The translations under genes and the position numbers were made by a program. Source: Candidatus Anderseniibacteriota bacterium (GTDB lineage: Bacteria; Patescibacteriota; Andersenbacteria; UBA10190). From it: a DNA stretch of 64,000 nt. Below are positions 28,724 to 38,338 of the stretch, piece after piece (position 1 is the first letter of the stretch; the number at the start of each line of letters is the position of its first letter). The stretch is taken from positions 404,171-468,170 of the forward strand of contig JAIOOW010000002.1 of NCBI GenBank assembly GCA_021414205.1. Direction: 5' to 3'. The notes below the pieces were generated by a model. It made no database searches and had not been told where the DNA came from. It saw only the letters and a program-made list of their open reading frames with translations.

Positions 28724-30106
28724 TTACTTGTATTCCTTCCCGTACGTTTCTTGGATATACCGAATCGTTCCGCCTAAGCCTTGGATCGTCGTCCAATCAC
28801 CATGGTCAATTCTTGCATACCAGTATGCTTTTGCGGTATCGCTTGGGTCATGGTGCCATACGAAATAGAACAAATATGGGAACCACTTACTCTTCAGAAC
28901 ACTCGCAGAAAGCGCTGCGGTTCGCGATGTAATCGCAGGACGAACACCTGTAGTATGAGCTTTCGTCATCGCAGCAACTAGGCCGTCTTTTGTTCCAACT
29001 TCGCCTTTATAAATATAGTCTACCCAAAATGCGTTTTCGCTCGCAGACGGCTCCCGATCATATATCGGCAAGAATAAATCATTAACCTGGCCGATCAACG
29101 CTGCAGCAGCCGGATGCAGTTCAGGATATTTAGAAGTAGTAGAAATCGTTGTCGTTGTCGGAACAGGAAGTTTTGCAGTCGAAGCAACAACATTCTTAAA
29201 TGCAGCAACAGGCACTCCCGTAGCGTACGTTTTCAAGAACTGCGGATACACCGTCAAAATATATTTATTCGGATATCCAAGCGACGTAAGTATTTGCGGA
29301 TTTACAATATGACGAAGTTTCCCTTGCTCTACTACAGACACTGCGCCGCTTAACGCAACCATCCAACCATCATCATACTTATCGATATTTGCCCCTCGGA
29401 CATATTTCGCCAATTCCGTCGCGGTGACTGGCATAATTTGCCCAGACCAAGGATATCCTTGTGTTTCATATAAATAATCTTGCAAATATAATCGCTTTAC
29501 TAAATTACCTTTCGAATCCTGCTCAATCCTCCAAATTGTTCCGCCATGATACGCCCCGTAGTACATAACCGTTCCGCCCGGATGCACATCTGTTCGCGTA
29601 ATCGCTGCACCCACTGCAAATTCTGCAAGATGCGCAAATGATGTCGGGTACAAGTTTCTCGATGGATACAAGAGCGCCTTTCGAACTGCTTGGCTCATTG
29701 GTCGCTTGCGCAACTTATCGTCAATAAAATACTGCGTGCCATCAGGAGCCTGTAGAATCTTTCCGATGTAATACGGGTTTACGGACTTCGTAACGGTGTA
29801 TCGGTTCATGTCAGTCTGAGATATCACCGTAATCACGTCCGCTTTAAAGTAATGTGCTTCTTTAAACCACACCTCTAAAATATGCGGCAATATCATACTG
29901 CGAGTTCCATCTTTTATGTAATATACCGCGGGATTGGTCGCCGTTTTTACCAGCGTTCCATTCGGCAAGAAATTCGGATTTAAGCTTGATGGATAATATG
30001 CCGGGTCAGCACTAAATCCCGGCGGATACGTAGCTGCGCTAGCAGAAGCCGCGCTGCTACCGACTAGCAAAACAGTTGCTAGTAAGAGAAAATGTTTTGT
30101 ATGCAT
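28724..30106 (-). CDS. Secreted cell-surface protein
   Basis: Signal peptide; GTLVK...PAVYYI..G.R repeats typical of CPR surface proteins; two C-terminal helical modules. Confidence 0.8.
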   Translation of the reverse strand: MHTKHFLLLATVLLVGSSAASASAATYPPGFSADPAYYPSSLNPNFLPNGTLVKTATNPAVYYIKDGTRSMILPHILEVWFKEAHYFKADVITVISQTDMNRYTVTKSVNPYYIGKILQAPDGTQYFIDDKLRKRPMSQAVRKALLYPSRNLYPTSFAHLAEFAVGAAITRTDVHPGGTVMYYGAYHGGTIWRIEQDSKGNLVKRLYLQDYLYETQGYPWSGQIMPVTATELAKYVRGANIDKYDDGWMVALSGAVSVVEQGKLRHIVNPQILTSLGYPNKYILTVYPQFLKTYATGVPVAAFKNVVASTAKLPVPTTTTISTTSKYPELHPAAAALIGQVNDLFLPIYDREPSASENAFWVDYIYKGEVGTKDGLVAAMTKAHTTGVRPAITSRTAALSASVLKSKWFPYLFYFVWHHDPSDTAKAYWYARIDHGDWTTIQGLGGTIRYIQETYGKEYK

Positions 30107-30168
30107 ACATATAAGTATACCGCTCCCCTGTTGCATCTACCACAGTGTCTGTATAGTAGATATGTACT

Positions 30169-30978
30169 ATGCGTGCACGCTCAAAGAGTATATTAATCGG
30201 AAGCATTGCTGTTATCGTTATAGCAATAGGTGCTTTTGCATGGATGAAGCGTGTCGACATTCAACGCTCTATAGAACAATCCACTCTGCCAACTGCTATT
30301 CCGTATCAACCTTCTAGCCCGTCACCAACCCCGGTAAAGCAGACGCATACCTCAACGCCATTAACTCCTCCACCAGCTGACGGATCAACTCCAGTTCCCG
30401 CAAACATTCCGCCTCAAGCAAATCTGGCCGTTCCGTTCACCGTGCAAGCCCCGAACGCAAACTGGGGCGAACCGTATCAAAATTTCTGCGAAGAAGCATC
30501 CGTATTAATGGCAATAAGCTATGTAAAAAATATGACTATTCCCAATCCTGCGTTTGCGGATCAAGCATTGCTTGCCATTAAAGCGTTTGAAGATAAGCGA
30601 TTTAATGACTACAAAGATACGACGATAGCTCAAACGGCAATTATTTTTAAAGAATATTATAAATATAACAACATCCAAATTCTACAGAACCCCAGCATTC
30701 AAGATATCAAGAATGCAATCGCCGCGAAAAAATTGGTTATTGCGCCTGCGGCTGGACAAGATCTTAAAAACCCCTATTTCCAACAGCCGGGACCGATCTA
30801 TCATATGCTTATCATCAAAGGATACACGGCGGACAATAAATTTATTACCAATGACCCGGGCACCCGGCATGGTGCAGACTTTCTATACAGCCAAGAAACT
30901 ATTATGAATGCCATGCACGACTGGCGTGCTGATGGAAATATCGAGCTCGGCGGTAAAGTAGTCCTGATTGTCGGCTAA
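30169..30978 (+). CDS. Peptidase C39-like protein
   Basis: VPFTVQAP, CEEAS, HMLIIKGY, NDPG (Cys-His-Asp). Confidence 0.85.
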   Translation: MRARSKSILIGSIAVIVIAIGAFAWMKRVDIQRSIEQSTLPTAIPYQPSSPSPTPVKQTHTSTPLTPPPADGSTPVPANIPPQANLAVPFTVQAPNANWGEPYQNFCEEASVLMAISYVKNMTIPNPAFADQALLAIKAFEDKRFNDYKDTTIAQTAIIFKEYYKYNNIQILQNPSIQDIKNAIAAKKLVIAPAAGQDLKNPYFQQPGPIYHMLIIKGYTADNKFITNDPGTRHGADFLYSQETIMNAMHDWRADGNIELGGKVVLIVG

Positions 30979-32285
30979 TCAGCAGCCTTTCTCAGAAACA
31001 GCAGCCACAGGCCGGCAGTTTTTACAAAACTTCCTAGGAAAAAACCTAACGGGAGCGCAACAATCCCAATCTTGCCCATCAGCATATATGCACTCGTACC
31101 AGCAATACCTAATCCTATGACGCTAAAAATGACCGGGGTAATAGTGTTTTGCGTTGAGTAAAAAGCACGTGCGAATAAATGACTGAGCGATTCTGTAGGA
31201 ATAGACAAACAAAACATTCCAAGCGTCAGCGCCGTACGAGCAACTGCATCGCCACCGAACGAACCTCCTCCGAGTAATAACGCGATGATCTGGTAGCGAA
31301 CTGAATACATGACAAGCGCAGCAACGCAGCTTAATAATAAAATAACCCAAGCGGTGCGGTTCAGCAGCGCTCGCAAATCTTGCGCAGATTTCAGTCGCGC
31401 TTCCGCTAACGCAGGAAATACAGCTGTAGACATTGCAATGCCGATCATACTGACTGGTACGCTCTGAAAATTACGGGCAAAATTGAGCGCCGTAATAGAT
31501 CCTACGGACAGCAGTGAAGCGAGTGTCGTAAATAACCAGAACGTCACCAAGTCTACCGGGTGCCCCACCATCTTCGGCACCATCAAGCGCAACGTCTGCT
31601 TCATTTCTTCCGTATGCCACCATGTGGGCGCAGCTTTAAATTTCCAGCCACCACGTACCGCATCGGCACATCGCACAATCATATGCAAAAACGCGCCAAA
31701 TACCGTACCGTACGCCACCCCCATAATTCCAAATCTTGGCGCTAATACTAAGGCACCACCAACAATACCCAAGTTATACAACATAGGAGATACTCCATAA
31801 AACAAAAACTTCTTCTGAGCGACCAGCATTGCACCAAATGCATTGGATGCCGCAAATAATATAGAGGATACTGCCAGCACCCGCATCATCTGCGCCACAA
31901 GCACATGCGCATGGGCACCTAAGCCAGGTGCAACCAAACTGCTTAGTTGCGGAGCGAATACGAACAAAATAATCGCAACGGCGATCATTGTTCCCACTGC
32001 GGCGCTCAGCAGCGAGTTCATATATTCATATGCATGCGCATGGCTCTTTTTATATAGCTGGGTAAAGAGAGGCACTGCTGCAGCAGCAATACCGCTTGCA
32101 ACCAACACGTTGAATATAAAATCCGGAACTAAAAAAGCAGCATAATAGCTATCTAATTGAGACGACGCCCCAAACGCATGCGCCAACACCCGATCACGTA
32201 GCAATCCTAATACATACGACCCCAGCGTCGTAATCCATAGAATAACACTCCCCTTCGGAATAAACCGAGAAATATCAAACCGCAT
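30975..32285 (-). CDS. murJ: Lipid II flippase MurJ
   Basis: LGLLRDR, LDSYYAAF.VPD, ST..FP.L, RAFY. Confidence 0.9.
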   Translation of the reverse strand: MRFDISRFIPKGSVILWITTLGSYVLGLLRDRVLAHAFGASSQLDSYYAAFLVPDFIFNVLVASGIAAAAVPLFTQLYKKSHAHAYEYMNSLLSAAVGTMIAVAIILFVFAPQLSSLVAPGLGAHAHVLVAQMMRVLAVSSILFAASNAFGAMLVAQKKFLFYGVSPMLYNLGIVGGALVLAPRFGIMGVAYGTVFGAFLHMIVRCADAVRGGWKFKAAPTWWHTEEMKQTLRLMVPKMVGHPVDLVTFWLFTTLASLLSVGSITALNFARNFQSVPVSMIGIAMSTAVFPALAEARLKSAQDLRALLNRTAWVILLLSCVAALVMYSVRYQIIALLLGGGSFGGDAVARTALTLGMFCLSIPTESLSHLFARAFYSTQNTITPVIFSVIGLGIAGTSAYMLMGKIGIVALPLGFFLGSFVKTAGLWLLFLRKAAD

Positions 32286-32378
32286 ATACTAAGCAGTATA
32301 CGCCTTGCAATAAAAAACCGCCGTGCATCATTCAAGAAAACACAGGCGGTGGTGCACAATACATATTGCGCGAAGTAC

Positions 32379-33095
32379 CTACGAAGCAACTGCGTCAAGT
32401 TCGGCTGAGGCCGGCTCGACACTGGAAGCAGGGGCGGAAACCGCTAAAGCAACCTCGTATTCCAAGAATTGCTCTGGACGATCTCGATATAAGACAGCCA
32501 TTTTCTTGAGCGTGCGAACGCGCACACTGTGATTCTGGCTTTCCAGTATCGGGTCCTGAAATTCCGAACCAAGCATGCTCAGCAGTGTCTGCTTACGAAC
32601 AATCATCATGCGCACCTTCCTTGTGCGCACATCTGGATCTTTCTCGCACGTAAGAGCGAGAACGTATTTCTCCTGAACCGTCGGAAGCCCGAGGTCAAAA
32701 TGAAATAACCCGGTCGAAGGAATTAGGCTGGCTAATTCATTGAGCGCGCAATTTAACACAATCCAGTGAATACTCTCCGGCAATCGAATAAATGGATCAT
32801 CGATCGTCGTCTGTTTAGCAGCCTTGATCAGCGCGTTCACTGCCGCACTATTTTGCAAGACCACCTCGCCCGCGTCCATTTCATCGAGAGTCCGAATGCG
32901 CAATTTTCCATCGCGCAGAATATTGAGGCTAAAGTGGAATCGACGATAAAACGTTCGATTGCGTAAGTCAACCCATGCGCGATACCCACCCCACAAAGCC
33001 ATGAGTATCATCACCCCAAGTGTCACCAAAGCCTTCGCCCAGTGATCCAACACCAGCTCATGAATAGCTCCATAAAACTGCTCAAAAACATTCAT
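32379..33095 (-). CDS. Conserved hypothetical membrane-anchored protein
   Basis: N-terminal TM; upstream TTGACA promoter, GAAAGGA SD, terminator at ~32311-32352. Confidence 0.75.
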   Translation of the reverse strand: MNVFEQFYGAIHELVLDHWAKALVTLGVMILMALWGGYRAWVDLRNRTFYRRFHFSLNILRDGKLRIRTLDEMDAGEVVLQNSAAVNALIKAAKQTTIDDPFIRLPESIHWIVLNCALNELASLIPSTGLFHFDLGLPTVQEKYVLALTCEKDPDVRTRKVRMMIVRKQTLLSMLGSEFQDPILESQNHSVRVRTLKKMAVLYRDRPEQFLEYEVALAVSAPASSVEPASAELDAVAS

Positions 33096-33189
33096 CGAGG
33101 CACTCGTCCTTTCCAAATTTTGAAGGTCAGTATAAAAAATCCGTATATTGCTTATATATAAATATACAAGTTATGTCAAGAACCTCGCA

Positions 33190-33594
33190 CTACCCCAAAT
33201 ACTCCTCAATCTTTTCAATATCCGCATCGTGCTTCGGTCGATTATACGCTTTTTTAAATTGAATAATATCCTCTAGGGATGCAAAAGGAATATCTTGTAT
33301 TATATCCGCGCGACTCATGAGCTCTTGAAACGTCGGGTGAAATTCCCCTGCATTTACATCGAGATACAACTCAACTATTCCTTTCTTTAAATATATCTGC
33401 CCTTCCTTCCCAGGATACGTCCACGGCATCTGCTCCCAACCCTTTTGACTACATTTTTCAAACAATTCCGGAGTAACGACGATATCAATATCGTGCGAAT
33501 CCTTTAAGCCACGTACGGCCATCGGACCGCTCCCCACGACAATATATTGCTCAGTAGAAAAGTTCAGGTTTTGAATTTCTTGAATGATATTCAT
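33190..33594 (-). CDS. Minimal nucleotidyltransferase-like protein
   Basis: VVGSG...DIDIVV (GS + DxD), K...R.K...D. Confidence 0.7.
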   Translation of the reverse strand: MNIIQEIQNLNFSTEQYIVVGSGPMAVRGLKDSHDIDIVVTPELFEKCSQKGWEQMPWTYPGKEGQIYLKKGIVELYLDVNAGEFHPTFQELMSRADIIQDIPFASLEDIIQFKKAYNRPKHDADIEKIEEYLG

Positions 33595-34268
33595 GAAACA
33601 TGCCGTAAAATTATCTCCTGAATCTCATCCCACGCTTGATGATACACTGCTTTTTTCTGCTGATCACTGCTATCGTCCGACACATTATTCCACGCTTTCA
33701 GCCATACAAGTCGCTCATTTTTTAACTCATCCCATTTCTTCGTAGCATGAAATCCATAAAGCGATGGAAACGGAATCAAGATCGTTTTAATATCCTCATG
33801 CTTCGCAAGCTCTGAAATTTCTCTGTAACTATCATCAATATAATAATCGATGCCAAAATCAAGAATCGGCTGAATTTTGTTCTGTAAATTATTCATCGAC
33901 AGTTCAATATACTGGATATCTGGTAAATGTTTGCGAATCGCTCGTTCCGTTGCTTCAAGCTGAGAACTTGCCCTCGCGGTAATTAAATAAATATCCGCAA
34001 TTCTTCCTATTTCCCGCAACGCGTCATGAGCGCCCTCAATTGGAAATTGCGCATCTTCTATCGCTTCAATATACACCCCCCAAGCTCGCGACATCACAGA
34101 AGAGTCCGACTGCCCCGTTGCCTGTTGCCATGAATGCGTTTGGGCATACACGGCATAGCTCGTATTCCATCCGAATTCTCGCGCACAAAAATCAAGATAG
34201 TGCTTCGGATCCATATCGATAAGCACGCCATCGATATCTACACCAACTTTAAGACGTTTACTGTTCAT
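33591..34268 (-). CDS. HAD-family 5'(3')-deoxyribonucleotidase-like protein
   Basis: VDIDGVL, ITAR, K, YIDD motifs. Confidence 0.8.
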   Translation of the reverse strand: MNSKRLKVGVDIDGVLIDMDPKHYLDFCAREFGWNTSYAVYAQTHSWQQATGQSDSSVMSRAWGVYIEAIEDAQFPIEGAHDALREIGRIADIYLITARASSQLEATERAIRKHLPDIQYIELSMNNLQNKIQPILDFGIDYYIDDSYREISELAKHEDIKTILIPFPSLYGFHATKKWDELKNERLVWLKAWNNVSDDSSDQQKKAVYHQAWDEIQEIILRHVS

Positions 34269-34675
34269 ATAAAAAACTGTTCTAAAATCGGACGAATATC
34301 TTCGATCGTTTTATAATTCTTAACGTTCAATTTATTGTTCCCGCGAATCATTGCAGAAAGTGTTCGTTCCGTATTTTCTCGATAGAGGCACAATATTTTC
34401 TTCCCCATATCTTCCGCTCTGCCAATTTCATACCCCACCCCCAAGCTTGGCTGCGTCACTTCCGCAACAATAACGTCCGCCTGAGTAACCCATGCCATAT
34501 CTTGTTTGTAAATTTCAGCATGATTTTTCCCTGTACCTTCCACTGAACTAATTCCTGTGTTGCCAAAATGCTCTGTTAATACCATGCCAAAATCTTTTAG
34601 CGTCTCAATAATCTGCCTATATATGTCCTGATCGTCCCGCCCTCCCCGAATCGATGCTGCAAAATAGATATTCAT
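34265..34675 (-). CDS. 2'-deoxynucleoside 5'-phosphate N-hydrolase (DNPH1/Rcl family)
   Basis: IYFAASIRGGRDD, VLTEH, AEVTQPSLGVGYEIGRA, LSAMIRG. Confidence 0.88.
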   Translation of the reverse strand: MNIYFAASIRGGRDDQDIYRQIIETLKDFGMVLTEHFGNTGISSVEGTGKNHAEIYKQDMAWVTQADVIVAEVTQPSLGVGYEIGRAEDMGKKILCLYRENTERTLSAMIRGNNKLNVKNYKTIEDIRPILEQFFI

Positions 34676-34676
34676 A

Positions 34677-34934
34677 TTATTTTTTAGGTAACTTCCCACC
34701 ACTTTTCAAACAGGCAGCAATATTCACATACGCCACAAACTTTTTTGTTTGGTTATAATACTTTGTTCCCTTAACATGGCATAAACTATTCACGCTCTTT
34801 TTTACGGCCGGATTCGCAGCAGACTTAGCCATGACAACCTTTTTCACAACCGGCGTGGATACTTTTGCCAAAACGGGTTGCTGAAATGTAATACCAAGAA
34901 GTAGAAATATTGCTAAAAATGGGAAGAGTTTCAT
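34677..34934 (-). CDS. Small secreted basic protein
   Basis: Signal peptide; VKKS...CH..G..YY.QTK.F..Y....CL.SGG.LPK. Confidence 0.75.
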   Translation of the reverse strand: MKLFPFLAIFLLLGITFQQPVLAKVSTPVVKKVVMAKSAANPAVKKSVNSLCHVKGTKYYNQTKKFVAYVNIAACLKSGGKLPKK

Positions 34935-35025
34935 AGAGTCACAATACAATAAGCGTACGGTGAGGGTGATTATGTGGCAAGGCGCGTTCTTTGCTACCCA
35001 CCCCTATTTTCCGTACAGTATACAT

Positions 35026-35649
35026 ATGCAAACCGTTGCACATATTCCCAAAAGCCTCAAAACTACGCCTATTACCCAGCTCGAGGAGGAGGGTTCGTAT
35101 GAACTAGTATCTCTATCTAAGCTAGACCTGCTTAATCAACAGGCAAAATATATCCAGATTCGAGAATCACTATTTTTTACCATTAACCTCACTGGCTCCC
35201 ATTTTGAAGAATCCCGAATACGCCATGCACGATTTACAAACTGCAATTTTTCAAGCGTGACGTGCGAAGATGGCAGTATCGGAAACACAGAGTTTATCGA
35301 AAGCCGAATGACGGGCTTTACAGTATCGGATGCAACCCTCGAACATACGCTATTTAAAAACTGTAAATTAAACTTAGCAAATTTTCGTTTCGCGAATCTC
35401 AAAGACGTATTGTTCGAGAATTGCGATATTCAAGAAGCAGATTTTCTTGGCGCGAAACTAACCAGCGTCTATTTTCAAAACTGCAATCTTACCGGCGCGC
35501 AATTCGGGCGAACAAAGTTAAAGAAAACAGACTTCCGCACATCGATTATGCATGGAATAAAAATAGATGCCGACGCAATCAAAGGAGCTATTATCAGCAT
35601 CGAACAAGTCTACGATATTATCGGCGTGCTCGGGGTGGAGATAAAGTAG
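35026..35649 (+). CDS. Pentapeptide repeat protein
   Basis: Repeated F..CN/L..A.F pentapeptides. Start moved to ATG 35026. Confidence 0.88.
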   Translation: MQTVAHIPKSLKTTPITQLEEEGSYELVSLSKLDLLNQQAKYIQIRESLFFTINLTGSHFEESRIRHARFTNCNFSSVTCEDGSIGNTEFIESRMTGFTVSDATLEHTLFKNCKLNLANFRFANLKDVLFENCDIQEADFLGAKLTSVYFQNCNLTGAQFGRTKLKKTDFRTSIMHGIKIDADAIKGAIISIEQVYDIIGVLGVEIK

Positions 35650-35657
35650 CTTCATCT

Positions 35658-35686
35658 TTGACATCCATACCCATTTTCCGTACAGT
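35658..35686 (+). promoter_or_regulatory. Leaderless promoter of ychF
   Basis: TTGACA-17-TACAGT, 6 nt before ATG. Confidence 0.8.
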
Positions 35687-35692
35687 ACGTGC

Positions 35693-36757
35693 ATGTCATT
35701 AAAGATTGGAATTGTGGGCCTACCGAACGTTGGAAAATCAACGCTTTTTAATGCACTCACGAAACAGGCTGCGGCGGCGCGAAATGTACCATTTACCACC
35801 ATTGAACCGAACGTGGGCGTGGTGCCAGTGCCAGATGAACGAATGGAGAAGTTACGAGTATTATCTGAATCCGCAAAAGTTGTACCGACGACCATAGAAT
35901 TCGTAGACATTGCGGGCTTGGTAAAAGATGCACATAAAGGCGAAGGGCTTGGGAATAAGTTCTTGTCCCACATCCGAGAAGTAGACGCCATTGTGCATGT
36001 GGTGAGATTCTTTGCTGATGCAGATATTATTCACGTGGCAAACAAAGTAGACCCAACCGGAGACGCAGAAACTATTAATACCGAATTGGCATTAGCGGAT
36101 TTAGCAACGACGCAGAAATTAATTTCAAATGCAGAAAAAATTGCAAAAGGCCAAGGCGCAGATGCAAAAGAAGCTACGGCGCAACTTGCTGTACTTAAAA
36201 AAATTGAAGCAACGCTAGAACAAGGAAACCCTGCACGAGAAGTTGAACTTACGGAAAAAGAATTGGAACTAGTACAGACATCCGCCCTCCTTACAATGAA
36301 GCCGATGATGTACGTAGCAAATGTAAGCGAATCTCAACTCCACGATACGTTCCCAGAAAACTTCCTCCCGCTTTCTATTAAAATCGAGCAAGAAATTGCG
36401 CAAATGTCCCCCGAAGATCAAGAGATATTTTTAGCAGAATACGGACTTACGGAAACGGGCTTAAACAGATTAATTAAAGCAGGGTACGAATTACTCGGGC
36501 TCATTACATTCTTTACCACCGGCCCGCAAGAAACGCGCGCATGGACGGTGAAAAAAGGAAGCTTAGCGCCAGTCGCAGCCGGAGAAATTCATTCGGACAT
36601 GCAACGCGGATTTATTCGCGCAGAAACGGTTGCGTATACAGATCTTATTACCCTTGGCGGGTACGCAGCAGCCCGCGCTGCCGGCAAAGTCCGAGATGAG
36701 GGAAAAACGTACATCGTCCAAGACGGCGATATTTTCGTGTTTAAGTTCTCCGTATAG
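35693..36757 (+). CDS. ychF: Redox-regulated ATPase YchF
   Basis: GIVGLPNVGKSTLFNALT, PFTTIEPN, DIAGLV, GEGLGNKFL, C-terminal TGS domain. Confidence 0.97.
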   Translation: MSLKIGIVGLPNVGKSTLFNALTKQAAAARNVPFTTIEPNVGVVPVPDERMEKLRVLSESAKVVPTTIEFVDIAGLVKDAHKGEGLGNKFLSHIREVDAIVHVVRFFADADIIHVANKVDPTGDAETINTELALADLATTQKLISNAEKIAKGQGADAKEATAQLAVLKKIEATLEQGNPAREVELTEKELELVQTSALLTMKPMMYVANVSESQLHDTFPENFLPLSIKIEQEIAQMSPEDQEIFLAEYGLTETGLNRLIKAGYELLGLITFFTTGPQETRAWTVKKGSLAPVAAGEIHSDMQRGFIRAETVAYTDLITLGGYAAARAAGKVRDEGKTYIVQDGDIFVFKFSV

Positions 36758-36795
36758 GCCATATTTGGCCTAAAACGAGCTTCTAGTATACCCGT

Positions 36796-36824
36796 TTGAC
36801 GTTTTTAGGCCTGTTTGCTACACT
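36796..36824 (+). promoter_or_regulatory. Leaderless promoter of rpsF-ssb-rpsR
   Basis: TTGACG-17-TACACT, 6 nt before ATG. Confidence 0.8.
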
Positions 36825-36830
36825 ATTGCC

Positions 36831-37295
36831 ATGAAACAAAACCAGTACGAACTGACATATCTTATCGACCCGCGAACAAGCGAGGAGGCTAAAACGTCGC
36901 TTAATAGCGCCGTAGATGCGAAAATCTCTGAATATAAGGGCACTGTCACTCAGCCAGGCGATGCGCTTCGAAAAAAGCTTGCGTACAAGGTTGGTAAACA
37001 AGACTCTGCATTCATGCGTATCATGAACCTTGAAATGCCTACTGAAAACGTTCTTGAATTCACTACGTTCCTAAAGAAATCCGAGGGCGTACTACGGCTT
37101 ACTCTTCTTGCAACACCTGCACGAAAAAGAATTACTCCTGAAGTAATGGAAAAGCACGGGAAGAAAAAAGGTAAGGGCGGATTTGCAAAGCATGACAAGA
37201 AGAAAGATATCCCTGCTACGAAACCTGCGAAAGAAGTAACAATGCAAGACGTTGAAAAAGGAATCGAAGACGCACTAACAGAAGAGGTAAAATAG
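36831..37295 (+). CDS. rpsF: 30S ribosomal protein S6
   Basis: YELTYLI.P, KKLAY.V.K, VLR; rpsF-ssb-rpsR synteny; Lys-rich tail. Confidence 0.92.
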   Translation: MKQNQYELTYLIDPRTSEEAKTSLNSAVDAKISEYKGTVTQPGDALRKKLAYKVGKQDSAFMRIMNLEMPTENVLEFTTFLKKSEGVLRLTLLATPARKRITPEVMEKHGKKKGKGGFAKHDKKKDIPATKPAKEVTMQDVEKGIEDALTEEVK

Positions 37296-37299
37296 ACAT

Positions 37300-37782
37300 A
37301 TGGATTTAAATAAAGTCATGATTATAGGCCGATTAACCCGAGATCCGGAAGCTCGAACGACCCCGCAAGGCACAGCAGTAACAAGTTTCTCAGTTGCAAC
37401 CGGACGAGTATGGAAGGACGCACAAGGTCAAAACCAAGAAAAAACAGAATTTCATAACATAGTTGCCTGGAGACGCTTAGCAGAAATCGCAGCACAGTAT
37501 TTAGCAAAAGGTCGCCAAGTATATATCGAAGGATCTCTACAAACACAAAGCTGGGACGATAAGACATCGGGCCAGAAGAGATACCGAACAGAAATCGTAG
37601 CAGAAAATATGATTATGCTTGGGAATAAGTCAGATAACGCAGCGCCAGCAATGTCACAAGGATCAGCAACATCATTTACACCAACACCATCAAGCCAACC
37701 CGTAGCACAAGAGCAGCAACAACAGGCGCCAGCAGGCCCAATCGCAGATGAAGAAATTAGAATCGAAGATATCCCATTTTAA
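37300..37782 (+). CDS. ssb: Single-stranded DNA-binding protein
   Basis: [23 protein letters not shown]-terminal DIPF. Confidence 0.97.
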   Translation: MDLNKVMIIGRLTRDPEARTTPQGTAVTSFSVATGRVWKDAQGQNQEKTEFHNIVAWRRLAEIAAQYLAKGRQVYIEGSLQTQSWDDKTSGQKRYRTEIVAENMIMLGNKSDNAAPAMSQGSATSFTPTPSSQPVAQEQQQQAPAGPIADEEIRIEDIPF

Positions 37783-37788
37783 ATCACT

Positions 37789-38016
37789 ATGAATCCAAAA
37801 CAACAGCGAAAATATCCTACAGAATGCGTAATGTGCGCTGAAAAGCTGCAAGAGATTCCGATGCAAGACACGGAACTACTTCGCAAGTTCATGAGCGGAC
37901 AGAACAAGATTCTCCCTCGCCGAAAGACAGGCGCATGCGCAAAGCACCAGCGCGTCATCTCTCGCGAAATTAAGCGAGGACGAGACATGGGCATTTTGAG
38001 ATTCCGCGGACAATAA
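37789..38016 (+). CDS. rpsR: 30S ribosomal protein S18
   Basis: CVMC, LRKFMS...KILPRRKTGAC.KHQR. Confidence 0.93.
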   Translation: MNPKQQRKYPTECVMCAEKLQEIPMQDTELLRKFMSGQNKILPRRKTGACAKHQRVISREIKRGRDMGILRFRGQ

Positions 38017-38020
38017 GCCG

Positions 38021-38338
38021 GTGCAGAAACGAAAAAACTTTATCAGCATTAACACAGGCTTCCAGTGCGAAGCCTGTGGCTTTGTTGTACCCCCAGCAAC
38101 AAGCACATGTCGCAATCACTGCACCCAATGCCTCGCGTCAAAGCACGTAGATGATACCGTACCGGGCGACCGCGCGAGCGCATGCCGTGGCCTTATGGAT
38201 GCCATTGCCGTAGAAGGGTCAAACCCGGAAAAACTAGACCTTGTGCATGAATGCAGAATCTGCGGGAAAATTCAGAAAAACAAAGTGGCGCCCGACGATA
38301 GTCGTGACGCCATCTTTGGCTTAATGGGGAAATTGTAA
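38021..38338 (+). CDS. RNHCP domain protein
   Basis: FQCEACG, RNHCTQCL.SKHVD..PGDRAS.C. Confidence 0.88.
   Translation: MQKRKNFISINTGFQCEACGFVVPPATSTCRNHCTQCLASKHVDDTVPGDRASACRGLMDAIAVEGSNPEKLDLVHECRICGKIQKNKVAPDDSRDAIFGLMGKL

Noticed and set aside
35026-35649. Pentapeptide protein as Qnr quinolone resistance
   Set aside because: Repeat pattern alone cannot distinguish Qnr/MfpA from generic pentapeptide proteins, and there is no mobile context
36755-36815. Inverted repeats before rpsF as the S6:S18 autoregulatory leader
   Set aside because: They lie upstream of or within the rpsF promoter, which appears leaderless; more likely a ychF terminator
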